From the human T2T-CHM13v2.0 reference genome, Homo sapiens, in NCBI RefSeq assembly GCF_009914755.1, contig NC_060947.1: 64,000 bases of DNA. One strand, given 5' to 3'. A program made the translations under genes and the position numbers. Shown piece by piece: positions 12,784 to 26,125 of this stretch. A model generated the notes under the pieces. It was not told the DNA's origin. It did no database searches and saw only the letters and a list, made by a program, of their open reading frames with translations. The stretch's first letter is position 1. Every line of letters starts with the position of its first letter.

Positions 12784-14260
12784 AAAATATTTATTGAAAA
12801 AAATTTGTTGAGTACTTACTGGGAACTGCACACTGGTCTTGGTACTGATTAGAAAGAAAAATAAGACCTTTAAGTTTCTGCCTTACCAATATAACTGAGA
12901 TCATTTTAAACATGTGATTTAAGAAGCTATGGAAAGGACTTTACTCCAAAAGATGAAGAAATATTATCAGTACTGAGGGTAAACTAGAATGTAAATAAAG
13001 AATGCTATACTGTAATTAATCATATCATCACATCTCTTAAAGATGTTTGATAACAGAAGGGTGTTAAGGTTTAGACAAGGGGAACTGAAAAAAATAGATT
13101 AGCTTTTAGTCATAACTTTTTAAATGAAATGACCCTTTATCTCTACAATTCTAAAGTTTAGGGAGACTCATTCTACTGTGGCTCAGATTAGTAATAACAA
13201 TATTCAAAATGTGGATAAATTGCCTCCCAAGGGTAATACACTTTGCTCTGATCTTATAATCATTAATTTGTCTTTTGATTATTAACTCAGTTGCCTACTT
13301 AACCCTGGTTCTGGGATTTTTGTGTCCTTAATATGGTATTCTGATTACTGAAAAAAATTTTCACAAATGTAAATTACTAAATCAACATTCTGTTATAAAC
13401 ATTGATTTTTTATAAGTTCAGTCAATGTCAATCATTTCCATTTTCATCATCCTTGAAACAAAAACAGCTTTTAGTAGACTGACAAAGTAAACTTTCTAGT
13501 TCTGCAAACAACAAATTTAGGTGATTGGAATGCCAACAAAAGACTGCTCACATGAGAAAGTTCCGGTTAAGCATGTAGTTTCCTTCACAGACTTCTATTT
13601 TATTTTTTAATTTAACTTTGGAGATGCCTAAAAAATACCAACACAACTGGTTAAAATTTGAATAGCTAGTCAAATCACATATTTGAAAATGCAGGTCTGT
13701 AAGCATTGTACATTTTTATATATGGGGTAAGTAAAAATTAGCAGTACACAAATAGATCTTGATAGAGAGATGGGAGGAAGTAAATGTCCAAAAAGAAGTG
13801 TCAGCATGTCTATGTCCCATTTCTGATTGCAACATATTAAGCTAGTAATTTCAGAGCTAGCAGTCCAACTCCAATGTGAAGGTTTAAGTGATTCAGTATA
13901 AGAACAATACTACATAAAATAACACCAGCCTAAGATAAAAAGAAAATAAGATGTGACAAATTTTAAGGTATGATTTGTTTTACTATGGCCTGCATTGGAT
14001 GGGAGGTTGGACCACATGATTTCAAAGGGTACTTATACTTCTGTAAGTATGCTATATTTCAAATAAGATGTGCAAGAGATAGCCTATAATTGCCTTTTTC
14101 TGACATTAATAACTTAGTAAGGTAAATGACTTGAATTTAACTTCATTCCTTCTACTTGTTCATTTTCTGAAGAAAATTAAGGTTATAATAAGTAAAGAGC
14201 CTAAATGCACAGCAACAGGAAAGAGCAACTGTGAATAATTAGATTCCTAAGATCAAGGTT

Positions 14261-17200
14261 TGAAATACTTAATTTTATGTATCAACTTGACTGGGCCATG
14301 GAGTGCCCAGATGTTTGTCAAACATTATTCTGAGTGTGCTTATGAAAAGGTTTCTGGATGACACTAAAGTTTTAATTGGTAAACTGAGTGAAGCAGATAG
14401 CCCTCTCTAATGGATGCAAGCCTCATCGTCATCCAATCACTCAAGGACTTAAATAGAACAAGAAGGTCAAGTAAAAGGAAACTCCCCTTGCCTGACTGCC
14501 TGAGATGGCACATTGATCTTTCCTCACATTTGGACTCAAACTAAAAATTCAGCTCTTCTAATAACCCAACATATTCTGTGATTATTACTCATTTCCAAAA
14601 TCCATAATTGGAATATACCTGCTTAGCATGTGGCAGAATTCCCACATTTCTTCTTTAATCTGATTTGTGAAGGCACTTATGATGGGAAAGGCAAGTGGAA
14701 GCCAATATTATTAGCCCTACCTAGTAAAACATTAAACGCCATGGAATACCACATTCCTGGAGAGATTGTGAGATTGGTGCCACCATGGGGGACTTGAATA
14801 ATGCAGGTGCCATGATTCCCATTACATTCCTATTCAACTCTTCTATTTGGCTTGTGCAGAACACAGATGGATCTTGGAGAAGGACAGTGGATTACAGTAA
14901 GTTTAACGAGATGGTGAGTCCAATTGTAGTTGTTGTGCCCATGTGGTTTTGTTGCTTGAGCAAATTAACACATCCTCTGATATTTGGTATGTAGCTACTG
15001 ATCTGAAAAATACTTTCTTCTTGATACCTGTTAGTAAAGCCTACCAAAGTGTTTTGCTTTCACCTGGCACAGCCAGCAATACATCTTCACTGTCCTACTT
15101 CAAAGATATATCAACTCTCCATCCTTTGCCGTTATTACCTTGCAGGGATATTTTTCACTTTTCTCTTCCATAAGACATTATATCAACTCACTTGTTACAT
15201 TGATGACATTATGCTGATTGGACGTGGTAAGCAGGAAGCAGTAACTACTTTAGACTTATTGGTGAGACATTTGCGTGACAGAAGGTAAAAAAATAAATCC
15301 AACTAAAATTTAGGGTCCATCTATGTCAGTGAAGTTTCTAGGGGTCCAGTGGTGTGGGGCATGTTGAGATATCCCTCCAAAGGTGAAGGAAAAAGTTGTT
15401 TCATCTAGTTCCTAGTATACCAATAAAAGAGGTGCAATGCCCAGTGGGCCTCTCATACTACTCATTTGGGTGTGTTAATCTGGCCTTTCTGCCAAGTGGC
15501 ACGAAGAATTCCTAATTTGTGTGGGGCCCAAAACAGGAGAAGGCTCTGAAACAGGTTCAGTCTGCTGTGCAAGCTGCTTTGCCACTTCCATATGACCCAG
15601 CAGATCCAGTGGTGCTTGAGGTGTCGGTGGGAGATAGGGATGTTGTTTGAAGCCTTGGGCAGGCCACCATAGGTGAATCACAACAGAGGCTTTTAAGATT
15701 GCAGAGTAAGGCCCTGCCATAATCCATAGATAATTACTCTCCTTTTCAGAGACAGCATTTGGCCTGCTATTGGGCCTTAGTAGAAACTGAACGCCAAGTT
15801 ACCATGTTCTGAGATGTCCATCATAAACTGTGTGTTGTCTGACTCACCAAGCCATAAAGTTGGGTATGCACAACGCCACTTAATCATCAAATGGAAGTGG
15901 TATGTATGTGATCAAACTAAAGTAGGTTCTGAGGGCAAGAGTAAGTTACATGAAGAAGTTGCCCACGGTCAAGTGTTTAAAACCTTTGAAAAAAACATGA
16001 TTGAAAAATTAGTGACAGGAAAATTTGGGAAAGAAACATGTGGACAGACATCTCTGAATGGGCAAAAAAAAAAAAAAAAAAGTGAAAATATTTGTGTCCT
16101 ATGTAAATGTTAATCAAAGAGCTACCACAGCAGAAAAGAATTTTAATAATCAAGTACATAGGACAATCCATTATGTGGATATTAACCCCTTTCCCTAGCC
16201 ACCACTGTTATGGCTTCTGGCACTGCTGAGTGCACAATCTGCTAGTAGCAGAGAACAATATTGAGTACTCTCTATGGCTCCCTTCCACAAAGTGATCAGC
16301 CAGCTACCTGGTGGCAGGTTGATTATATTGCATTCCTCTTATCATGGAAATGATAATGTTTTGTTTTTATTGTAATAGACACTCTGGATACAGATTTGCC
16401 TTCTGTTCACACAATACTTCTGCCAAAACTGTCATTCACAGACTTACAGAATGCCTTATCCACTATCATAGTATTTCCCGTAGAACTGCTTCTCATCAAG
16501 GAACTCACTTCATAGTAAATAAAATGCAGAAATGGGCCCATGATCATGGAATTTATCAATCTTACCGTACTTCCTACAATTCTAAAGCAGCTGGTTTGAC
16601 AATTTGGTCTTTTGAAGACTCACAGAACCAGTTCAGTGTGAATACTTTACAAGGCATAAGAAAAATTCTCCCGAAGGCTGTATGTGTTATACATCAGAGT
16701 CCAATATATTCTGTTTCTCCCATAGCCAAGATTGATGGGTCCGGAAATCAAAAGGTGGGAATGAGAGTGTCACCACTAACTACTCTCCCTAGTGATCTAC
16801 TAGCAATTTTTTTTTTTTTTTTTTGCTTCATATAGCTGAGATGGCTAGATGTCTTTGTTCCAAAATGATGAATACTTTCACACAACAATGATTTCATTGA
16901 AAAGTAAGACTGCTTCTAGGTCACCTTGAGCTCCTTGTGCCTCTGAATCAACAGGAAAAGGAGGAAATTACTATACTGGCTGTGGTAACTAATGCCATCT
17001 ACCAAGGGGAAATTGGAGTATTACTCCACAATTAAAGTAAAGATGTCTAGAATACAGGAAATAAATCCTTTAGGTTATTTCTTAGTATTATCATGCCCTG
17101 TGGTTAAACTCAATGGAAAGCTAGAGCAACCTGATATAGGCAGGACTACTAATGGGTCACTCCACTGGTTAAAAATCACTGCTTACTGACATGCATGCTG

Positions 17201-18238
17201 AAGGCAAAGGGAATGCAGAATGGGTAGTGGATGAGGGTTTTTATAAATACCAGCTATGACCACATGACCAGCTATAGAAATGAGGACCATAATTGTCAAG
17301 CATATTTCCTCTTTATTTTGTTATATGTTTATGCATGTATGTATCAAGCAACTATCTTTGTATTCTTATATTTCCTTATCATGTAACATAAGATGTATTG
17401 ACTTTAAATTATGTAAGTATTGTTAATTTTAAATTATGTTGTTTAAGTTATGGGGTATCAAGAACAGGAGAAAACATTACTCAAAGTAAACATCACTCAA
17501 AAACTACCTCTTCTGGGTAAGAGGTTAGTTGCATTTTCACTTGTATGCAGTATAGTTGTATTATATTAGGCAGAATTATAACCTGGTTATTATCTTTATT
17601 TAGAATTTGCACATGGTTTAAGGAGATGTATACAGGTGTCAAATTGACAAGGGGTCAACTTGGGATGGCTGATTTGAGGTGTCAACTTGACTGGATCACA
17701 GAGTGTCCAGATATTTGGTCAAACATTATTCTGAGTGTGGCTGTCAGGGTGTTCTGGATGAGACTGACATTTGAATAGGTAGCCTGAGTAAAACAGAATG
17801 CCTTCCCTGATATTGAGGGGCCTCATTCAGTCAATTGAAGACCTAAATACAAAAAGACTGAGTAAGAGAAAACTCTTCATCTATGACTGCTTGAGCTAGG
17901 AATTAGTCTTTTCCTGCTTTCTGATTAGAATTGAAAATCAGCTCTTGGGTTTCAAGCCTACCAGATTTTGAACCAGAACTTACACCACTGGCTCTCCTAG
18001 CTATCAGAATTTTGGACTCAGATTGGAAGTTATTCCACTGTCTCTCATTGTTTTCAGGCCTTTGTGCTCAGACTGGAACTACATCATTGGCTCTCCTCAT
18101 CTTCAGCTTTCTGACTGTGGATCTTGGAACTTCCCTGCTTCCATTATTTAATAAGCCAATTTCTTATAATAAATATATTTTTCTCTCTAAATATACAACC
18201 AATTGGTTCTGTTTCTCTGGAGAAGCCTGACTAGTAAA
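14261..18238 (+). mobile_element. ERV-L provirus with MLT2(C/D-like) LTRs, gag deleted
   Basis: Partial 5' LTR 14261-~14559 fused directly to the pro/pol region. PPT ttgacaaggggtcaact, then 3' LTR 17661-18238 ending ttctctggagaagcctgactagtaaa. Confidence 0.9.
14600..17190 (+). pseudogene. pol: Decayed ERV-L pol (RT, partial RNase H, integrase, dUTPase)
   Basis: Fragments FNSSIWLVQNTDGSWRRTVDY, WYVATDLKNTFFLIP, CYIDDIMLIG (YIDD at 15196-15207), IIKWKWYV, ASHQGTHF. Many frameshifts and stops. Confidence 0.88.
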
Positions 18239-18624
18239 GCATATTATGAGGTGATTGGAAAATTTAGTTGCATGAAAGCAAAGGCTCTGTAACTTTCCCT
18301 CAATATTAATAGAATAATGAACAAATCAAAATTTCTTTTTCAGGAACAATTTTAGCAGTATATTTTGAACGAAATTTTTTGAGAGCATTGTGCATCATGT
18401 ATTTAGCTGTCAAACAAATCTTCATATAATTACTGTCCTTCATCGCTTATTTGTACTTGTTCTCTCACAAAAGGTGTTATAGACCTATAAATGTTCCCTA
18501 AACATAGGAAAGTAGTTGACTTTTAGCCTAATAAAAATACATGGTTGAATCCTACTTGGGTTGTATATTTTAATACATTTCATCTTCTTGATTATAACTA
18601 GGTTCTATGCATTTGATTTACCTA

Positions 18625-18825
18625 TTTGATTTGTTATTGTGGTAAAATATACATAATGTAAAATATACCATCATAACCATTTTTCTGTGTACAGTTTTAT
18701 GACATTAAGTGCATTCACATTTTTTTACAACTGTAACCACCATAAATCTCCAGAACGTTTTTACCTTTCACAACTGAACCTCTGTAACTACTATTAAACA
18801 CCCCATTCCTCCTCCCTCTATCCCA
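18625..18825 (-). mobile_element. L1MB-like 3' end
   Basis: ttattgtggtaaaatatacataatgtaaaatataccatcataaccatttt...ctccagaacgttttt. Confidence 0.75.
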
Positions 18826-18840
18826 TAGAACTGTGGTTTT

Positions 18841-19070
18841 CCTAAACGATGAAGATGCAAAGACATTAGAATGATATCATGGACTTTGGGGACTTGGGGA
18901 AAGTGTGGGCCAGGGGTGAGGGATAAAAGACTTCAAATTCGGTACAACATATACTGCTCAGGTGATGGGTGCACTAAAATCTCACAAATCAGCACTAAAG
19001 AACTTACTTACATAACGAAAAACCACCTGTTCCCCAAAACCTGTGGAAATAGAATAAATAAATAAATAAG
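18841..19070 (+). mobile_element. L1PB 3' end
   Basis: atggactttggggacttgggg...gggataaaagac...ctcaggtgatgggtgcactaaaatctcacaaatc, followed by an (aaat)n tail. Confidence 0.85.
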
Positions 19071-19071
19071 A

Positions 19072-19300
19072 AGAAAATAACTAAAAATAGGGTTATTATA
19101 TAGTTGTGCAATCCCACTGCTAGGTATATATCCAACAAAAATAGCATACCAAAAAGATATCTGCACTCCCATGTTGCAGCACTGTTCACAATGGCCAAGA
19201 TTTGGAAGCAACTTAAGTGTCTATCAACAAATGAATGGATAAAGAAAATGTGGTACATATAGAAAATGGAATACTACTTAGCTATATAAAAGAATGAGAT
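19072..19300 (+). mobile_element. L1MA ORF2-end fragment
   Basis: gcaatcccactgctaggtatatatcc...gatatctgcactcccatgtt...gaatggataaagaaaatgtggtac. Confidence 0.8.
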
Positions 19301-19759
19301 TTAATTTACCTCAGTTTTATTCTCCAGAACACTACCATCCAAGAGATCATAGCATGAAATATTTAATTTTCTAAAGGAAAAAAGTTTACAAAGTAATAAT
19401 GTAATATGATAACTAGGCATATACTCATTTTTTAGTGAAGGCAATAGACCATCTATATGATGCAAAATCATTTAAAAAGACCAATTGCCTAATGACAATC
19501 TTGAACAAAAACAAGAACAAAAGAAAATTTTCTCTAGTTAAGGAATTAATTTTAATAAAACACAAATAAATGACATAAGGATACTGATGATATGACAAAG
19601 GTAGCTACAAAGACTGAATTTTTTAAATAAATAAAGTCACAATACAGAAATGAGATAATTAATCAGAAAAGTGACTGTAAAATGTTTATTTTGCTCTACT
19701 ACACCAGACTAATTAAACAAATCAGAAAGGGAAGAAATAGCCAGGGCATGAAACTGGTG

Positions 19760-20397
19760 CCTTTCAGGTCATAGGTAGATTAAAAAATTTCCTGATTGGC
19801 AATTGGTTGAAAGAGTTAAGTATTGGCTGAAAAGTTGAATTCAGCATAAGGAAATGCTTGAGTTTGATAACGGAGTTGTGGAAACCAAGGTTCTTGTCAT
19901 GTAGATGAAGCCTCCAGGTAGCAGGTTTCAGAGAAACTAAATGGTGACTGTCTCTTATTAGACCTTAAAGGTTGTCAGACACTCCCTAAAAGACCTAGTA
20001 AGGGAAGGAGATTCTCTACCAATTGCAAATTTACGCCACAAGAGACAGCTTTGTAAGGCCATTTCAGAATATGTCAAAGAAATGTATTTTGTGGTAAAAC
20101 ATTTTGATTTCACTTAGGGTCTGCTATTAGTCATGTGATGCTATATTAGAGTCAGGTTAAAATTTGGTATCTTATTGCTACAAAGAGTCTGTTTTGTTAG
20201 TCTTAATACCTCTGTTTTAATGTTAGTGCTGGTCAGTTGTGTCTAATCTCCAAAGGGAAGAGGGCATATGAGGCATGTCCAACCCCTACTTACCATCATG
20301 GCCTAAAGTAGTTTTTCAGGATTCTTTGGGATCCGCTTGGCCAAGAGGGGTTTCATTCAGTCAGTTGTAGGACTTAGAATTTTATTTTTGCTTTACA
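19760..20397 (-). mobile_element. MER4-group LTR (3' portion missing)
   Basis: Minus strand starts tgtaaagcaaaaataaaattctaag. Homologous to 4610-5264. Confidence 0.85.
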
Positions 20398-20859
20398 AAC
20401 AGAGGCAAATATCTTCTGTGGCAGATAACTATTATTTATCACAAACATTCAATGCCCTTCTCTGGGTAAGGATTACTTTTTCACACTTCTTGGATATTAG
20501 GCTTGGATATATAATTTTCTAATTGCAAGTCAAATTATTTTAAAAATTTTAAGAGTCAGTGAATCGTTCTCTTTGTACTTAATCTGCAATGTCTCTAGAC
20601 TAGCAGTATTTTAGGTAAAGGCTTCCTCATCAGCCTTGGCCCAGGAATGAAGAAGACTTGGAAATGTGATGCAGTCCACGAGCAAAAGACTATACATTGA
20701 GTAAAAACAAACAGAAAACCTTAGTTCATAATGCCACTAAAATTGTGTGGTTACATGTTGTATTAAGTGTATCTAGCTTATCCTGACTAATATTCCATCT
20801 AATCATTAAAAATTTTAAAAATGACAATAATACGAATTACTGAAACAGTAAAACATATA

Positions 20860-22200
20860 CATAATAGAGAATATAATCCATATTGGAAAAATAAAACCAA
20901 ACACGTCAATTATGAAAATAAACATAAATGATAAAAAAAAAATCCAGTGAATAGGAAATAATTCATTCTAGGATTAAAGAGAAACGAATCAACCACATAC
21001 TGTTTATAAGAGACCATATAAACAAAATGTGGTTTAAAAGTAAGCACTTGGCAATACATGCCAAATTAAACACAAAACAGAACAGGATGTCATTGTCAGA
21101 CACATAGCATTCAAGGCTAAAATAGTACTAAAACCAGGATAAGAAAATTATTTTTATTGAGCAATGTTTTAATCCACAATGAAGAACAATGTAGGAGACT
21201 CTTAAATAGGAAGTTGGGAAAAAATATAAAATTTCATTTAATTATTTTTAGGTAATATAAGTAACAAGGAACCCATTCGCTACTTAATCATATATCTAGT
21301 TCTTACCTGATTCTTGGGTCCCATCTAATCCTTACCTTACAGGGAAGGATTAAAGTGATGCGGGACATAATCCTTAAGAATATTTGCTTGATATATTATT
21401 TTGTAATAAGAAAAGTTGAAAGGTCAATAATTCAAATGACAAAGGTTATAAATTTATAGTCCTGATACAGCAGTGAAGAATGGGAAAAATAAGCCAATTA
21501 ATGAAAATATGCTTTTCAAAATATAACAATATAAATATGTATCAAAGCACACCCTTACTTTTAAAATAATTGAATAATAGCAAATAAAATAAATAAAAAT
21601 TATACTGGAGATAAACTATAAAATAAAATTAGAATAATTTAAAAGTTAAAGGACATATATTCATAGCTTAGCAATATATTTGTTAAATAAATTGAATAAA
21701 TGAATAATAGACAACCTAAGTATAATCAATCTTATTAAGAAATATACATGTGTCTGTATGTTTGTGTGTGGTATATATATATACCACACATTTTATATAT
21801 ATGTATACCACACATTTTATATATATATATATCATTATATATACATAATGACATGCAGTTATATGACAAAATTTGAACATGTTTGTTAAGTATATAATAA
21901 TTTATAAGTTAATAAGGTTTAAAAAATTAAAAGTCTCAATGAACTTGTTTAAGAAACAAATTTAAATTTTTACCTAATAATTATTTGAATAAAAGCATTA
22001 GGCCAAGATAGTTTTACTCCTAAGTTCTTGCAAATGTTAAAGACATACATCAATCTTATATTATTTAAATATTTTCAGAGTACATAAAAAGTAATAATTC
22101 CTCTTTGTTATGAAGGTAATAGATTTCTTAGCCTGAAATTCAACATAGATAATAAAACAAAGTAATACAATACAAAACAAAACTGAAAATCACCTATGAA
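20860..22200 (+). mobile_element. Highly decayed ancient L1M ORF2 fragments
   Basis: A-rich stretches resembling L1 endonuclease/ORF2 (catactgtttataagagacc; ggccaagatagttttactcctaagttcttgcaaatgttaaag). Confidence 0.45.
21747..21842. repeat. (TG)/(TA) low-complexity tract with palindrome and short tandem duplication
   Basis: Perfect 26-bp palindrome at 21765-21790. The unit ataccacacattttatatatat occurs twice. Confidence 0.85.
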
Positions 22201-22212
22201 TGTACATAGTAG

Positions 22213-22640
22213 TGTGAATGTTTGGAATATTATTTCCAATTTTTTTCTCCTTTTCTGTTATAGAACTATACATCTATGCCCCTTGTCATATGGCCTTTCA
22301 GTACATTACATTAAAGTATTTGGATTATATTTTCTGACCTCATTAATGATAGGCTTGGCCTTATGAGTCGCTGAACCAAAGACATGAACAAGAAGAGACT
22401 TTTAATCTGCTTGTTTGACTTGCTTGCTTTTCCTCTCCTCTTTTGGTTCTAAAATATGCCAAGTAAAAAGCATGTTTCTGGTAGCTGTTGCCTCTGCAGG
22501 CTTGGCCTGAGGCTAAAGATATGGAGTTATCCTGAATCTGATCATAAACCTGGAGTCCAGCCTGGCCTAGCCAAGCCCATGAGGATGAAAATAACTGTTT
22601 TCATTGTAGAACACTGAGAACTTAAGGCTGTTGCTAAATG
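22213..22640 (+). mobile_element. MLT1 (I/J-like) MaLR LTR relic
   Basis: ccccttgtcatatggcc...ggcttggccttatgagtcgct...aataactgttttcattgtagaacactgag. Confidence 0.55.
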
Positions 22641-22847
22641 ACAGTAACCATCCTCGTGAAGCGTCTTGGTTGCTCATCACATTCCCCTTACCCACCCCCT
22701 CATCACTGATACAAATTCCTACCCCAAATCATGAACAGATACATCATAGTTCAAATAATATAACCTAAAATGGTACCAATAGTTCTGTGAGATGATCCAC
22801 TTATTTTAACTTTACTCCTTGTTTCTTTCTTTAAGATATCATTTCTA

Positions 22848-23050
22848 GCTTACCCCTTACTGGCTAAATGACCTTGGGCAAGTTATTTGAATCTTCCATT
22901 GCCCAAGATTTCCCAGCTGTAAAATGGAAATGTAATTATACCTAATTCCATATATAGTTGCTATAAAGATTAAATGCATTAATATATATCAATTCCTTAG
23001 AACAGTACCTGGCACCTGTACATTCTTAGTTGTATTGCTGGTGTTAACTA
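22848..23050 (+). mobile_element. MIR
   Basis: tgaccttgggcaagttatttgaatctt...ctgtaaaatggaaat...cttagaacagtacctggcac. Confidence 0.85.
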
Positions 23051-23122
23051 TTATTGTTACATTGACTCAGAGCAAATATAAGTACAATTTATATGTTACA
23101 ATTTGCATACTTTGTTTAGTGT

Positions 23123-23729
23123 TGTAAACCAAAAAGTATTTGGGAAAAGTCTCAATCAATGGATGAGTTCATTTTGCCAAGGTTAAGGACATGCCCGTGA
23201 TGTAGCCTCAAGATATCCTGATGAAATGTGCCCAAGGTGGATGGGCTGCAACTTGGTTTTATGCATTTTAGAGAAACATAAGACATCAATTAATACAGGT
23301 AAGATATACATTGGTTTGGTTTGGAAAGGCAGGACAAGTGGAAGTAGAGGCTTCCAAGTCACAGTCAGATTAAAAAATTTTCTGATTGACGGTTGAGTTA
23401 CTATCTAAAGACCCAGAATCAGAATCAACAGAAAGAAATGTCTCGGTTAAGATAAGGGATTGTGGAGACCAAGGATTTATCATGCAAATGAAGCTTCCTG
23501 GTAGCAGGCTTCAGAGAGAATTGATTGTAAGTGTTTCTTATCTATCTTAAGGAGTCTGTTCTGTCAGCCTTAAGGTCTGTGTTAAGTTAATGGCAATGAA
23601 GCATATCTGACTCTCCCTTCCCATCATGGTCTGGACCAGTTTTTCAGGTAAACTTTGGAACGTCCTTGGCTGAGAGGAGGGGGTTCATTCAGATAGTTGT
23701 GGGGCCTAGAATTTTATTTTTGGTTTATA
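23123..23729 (-). mobile_element. MER4-group (MER4B-like) solo LTR
   Basis: Minus strand runs from tataaaccaaaaataaaattctagg to ...tttggtttaca. Confidence 0.88.
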
Positions 23730-23731
23730 TG

Positions 23732-24350
23732 TGTGAAAGAAAAATAAATCTCTTCAAAATCACTAAGCTAAAGGGAAAAGGCAAGCTGGGAAATGCATGG
23801 GCAAGCCTGCCTCCCATTCTACTTTTAAATAAAATAGCTACAAGGGTTACAAAAAAAAAAAAGCTACATACCTCTTTCACAGTTTGCCCACAAGGAAATT
23901 CCTTGTGGACAAAGGACAGGCAGAACTCAAAGTCTTCCCTCTTCTCACATAAGACAAATGCATACCTGATTGCTTCCTTTGCCCCATTGTTTCACTAAGC
24001 CAGACTAAGGGGTAAGTGACTATTCCTGCAAATTGTTCATTCAATGAAAGGCTAATCAGAAACTCAAAAGAATGCAATGCAACCGTTTGTCTGTTATCTA
24101 CCTATGACCTGGAAGTGCCCTCCCCACTTCAAGTTGTCCTGCCTTTCCTAAACTGAACCAATGTACATCTTAAATATATTGATTGATATATCATGTCTCC
24201 CTAAAATATATAAAACCAAGTTGTGCTCTGGCCACCTGATGTCACATGTCATCAGAACCTCCTGAGGTTGTATCATGGGTGTGTCCTTAACCTTGGGAAA
24301 ATAAATTTTCTAAATTGATTGAGACCTTTCTTGGATACCTTTGGTTTACA
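23732..24350 (+). mobile_element. MER4A/C-like solo LTR
   Basis: tgtgaaagaaaaataaatctc...cactaagctaaagggaaaaggcaagctggg...aataaa...ttggtttaca. Confidence 0.9.
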
Positions 24351-24896
24351 CAGTGTATAATCAAATTCTATTGTTTTTAGATTTCTGACAGTTACAACTC
24401 TCACTATAACATTGAATCATTATATTGTAATGTGGGGAGGGTGTTTCAGTCTGAGGTGTAGGGAATATTGGGATTTTATGTTATCAAGTGTATTTATAAA
24501 ATTTGAACTGATTATCAGAAAATCAAAATAAGCCTTGTAATAAAAAATAATTTATAATAAATAATTGGATGTATTGAAAGAATACAAAAGTGGTTCAATA
24601 ATAGAAAATACATTACAATAGTTCATTATGTAAATCAAGTGAGTTATTTTGAAAAGACAGCTTTGTAAAAGCTGGCTTACAACTCTTAAGGACTGGTAAA
24701 AACAACCAAAGAGGGAAACATCAGGAAAATAATCTCCATTAACACTACAACTAGGGAATACTGACAATAGCAGAAACTATGCTTTGAGTAATTTTTATCA
24801 CATGCAGTATAATTTGGAAAAAAACGATGAAAGACAATGAGAATGAATACTCCAATTTCCCTATAGACTAGTACAATGTTTTCAGAAGCAAGCAGT

Positions 24897-25487
24897 GTAG
24901 GAGCCAAGGAAAAACTTCCCCTTTGCCCTCTAAAGTTTTGCTGAAAAATCAACTCACAAAAGGCAGATTAATTAGAGAAAAGGCATACAATTATATTAAT
25001 GTGCATAAGAGGGAGAACCAGAGTAATTATCCCAAGCCCCTAATGAGATTCAGAAACTTTTGTACCATTTTGAGGTTACAGAAAGAATGAGGATCCTGAG
25101 CATGGCCCAAAATGGATTAAGGTGGTAAATCAGGTTAGCGTGACAAGACAGTTTATGGGAGGGAGAGAAGAGGAGACTTGGCTAGCAAAGGTGGTTTTGT
25201 TATGTAGATTAAACCTCACAGGTAGCAACCCTCAAAGTGAATATATGATAAATGTTTTTTTTTCAGACCTTTAAAGGTTTCAGGCTCTCAGCTAATTCTT
25301 TTCTAGATCAGGACTAGGGAAGGCTTCAGAAAAAAACCTGGCTGCATCAATATAGATTCTCTACAGTTATAAATCTGGCCCCAAAAAGAACTTTTGCAAG
25401 GTTAGTTCTGTTTGCTCTTTCTTTCCAGAGCCATCTCAAAATATGTCAAAGAAATATATTTTGGGGTAAAATATTTTGATCTTCTTT
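24897..25487 (-). mobile_element. MER34/MER39-like ERV1 solo LTR
   Basis: Minus strand begins ~aaagaagatcaaaatattttaccccaaaatatatttctttgacatattttgagatggct and ends ...ggctcctaca. Confidence 0.7.
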
Positions 25488-26125
25488 GGTGGAAAAAAAT
25501 CTGTTAGGACCTATTAGCCTAATAACACACTTTAATTTGGGTGAAGAATATATAGAAGCACAGCTGGGGTCTGAGACACATGAAAAGGTCACATATATAA
25601 ATGTGCTAATTTCATTATTTTTTCTCTAGCCCAGTGCCTTAAAAGTGGCAAGAGTATCTGTGATTTGGTGGGGAAATTTACTAATATACCCAAATTAGAT
25701 TTAGAGGTAGAGAAGATTAGGAGAGAGATTGGGGAAATTTACATGTAACTATCTTCATAGAGGCACACAACAGTAGCAAAGGTGACTGTTCAGAAAAGGA
25801 AAAAAAATATGTATCTTTACCAATATAAAACTAGAATGTCTCTGGAATTTATTCTAAACTAAGAGGTTGCAAATGTGTTCTCCAGAGTTACAGATTACTT
25901 TAGAGCTGATTAAGGAAACACTACAAATATTCATGATAATTAATTTTCAAGATCTCTAGTCAATATTTTTCATAACAGCTTGTCCCTGTGGAGAGTAACA
26001 AATATACTCACATCCTTCTCCTCTATCATCTTCTTATAACATCTCTTTACTCTGTTTGTGTTTTTTCTGTTGTAGGTCCTTGTTCTGAAGTTTATTTATT
26101 ATATTTTTATTTACAAATCACTGCA

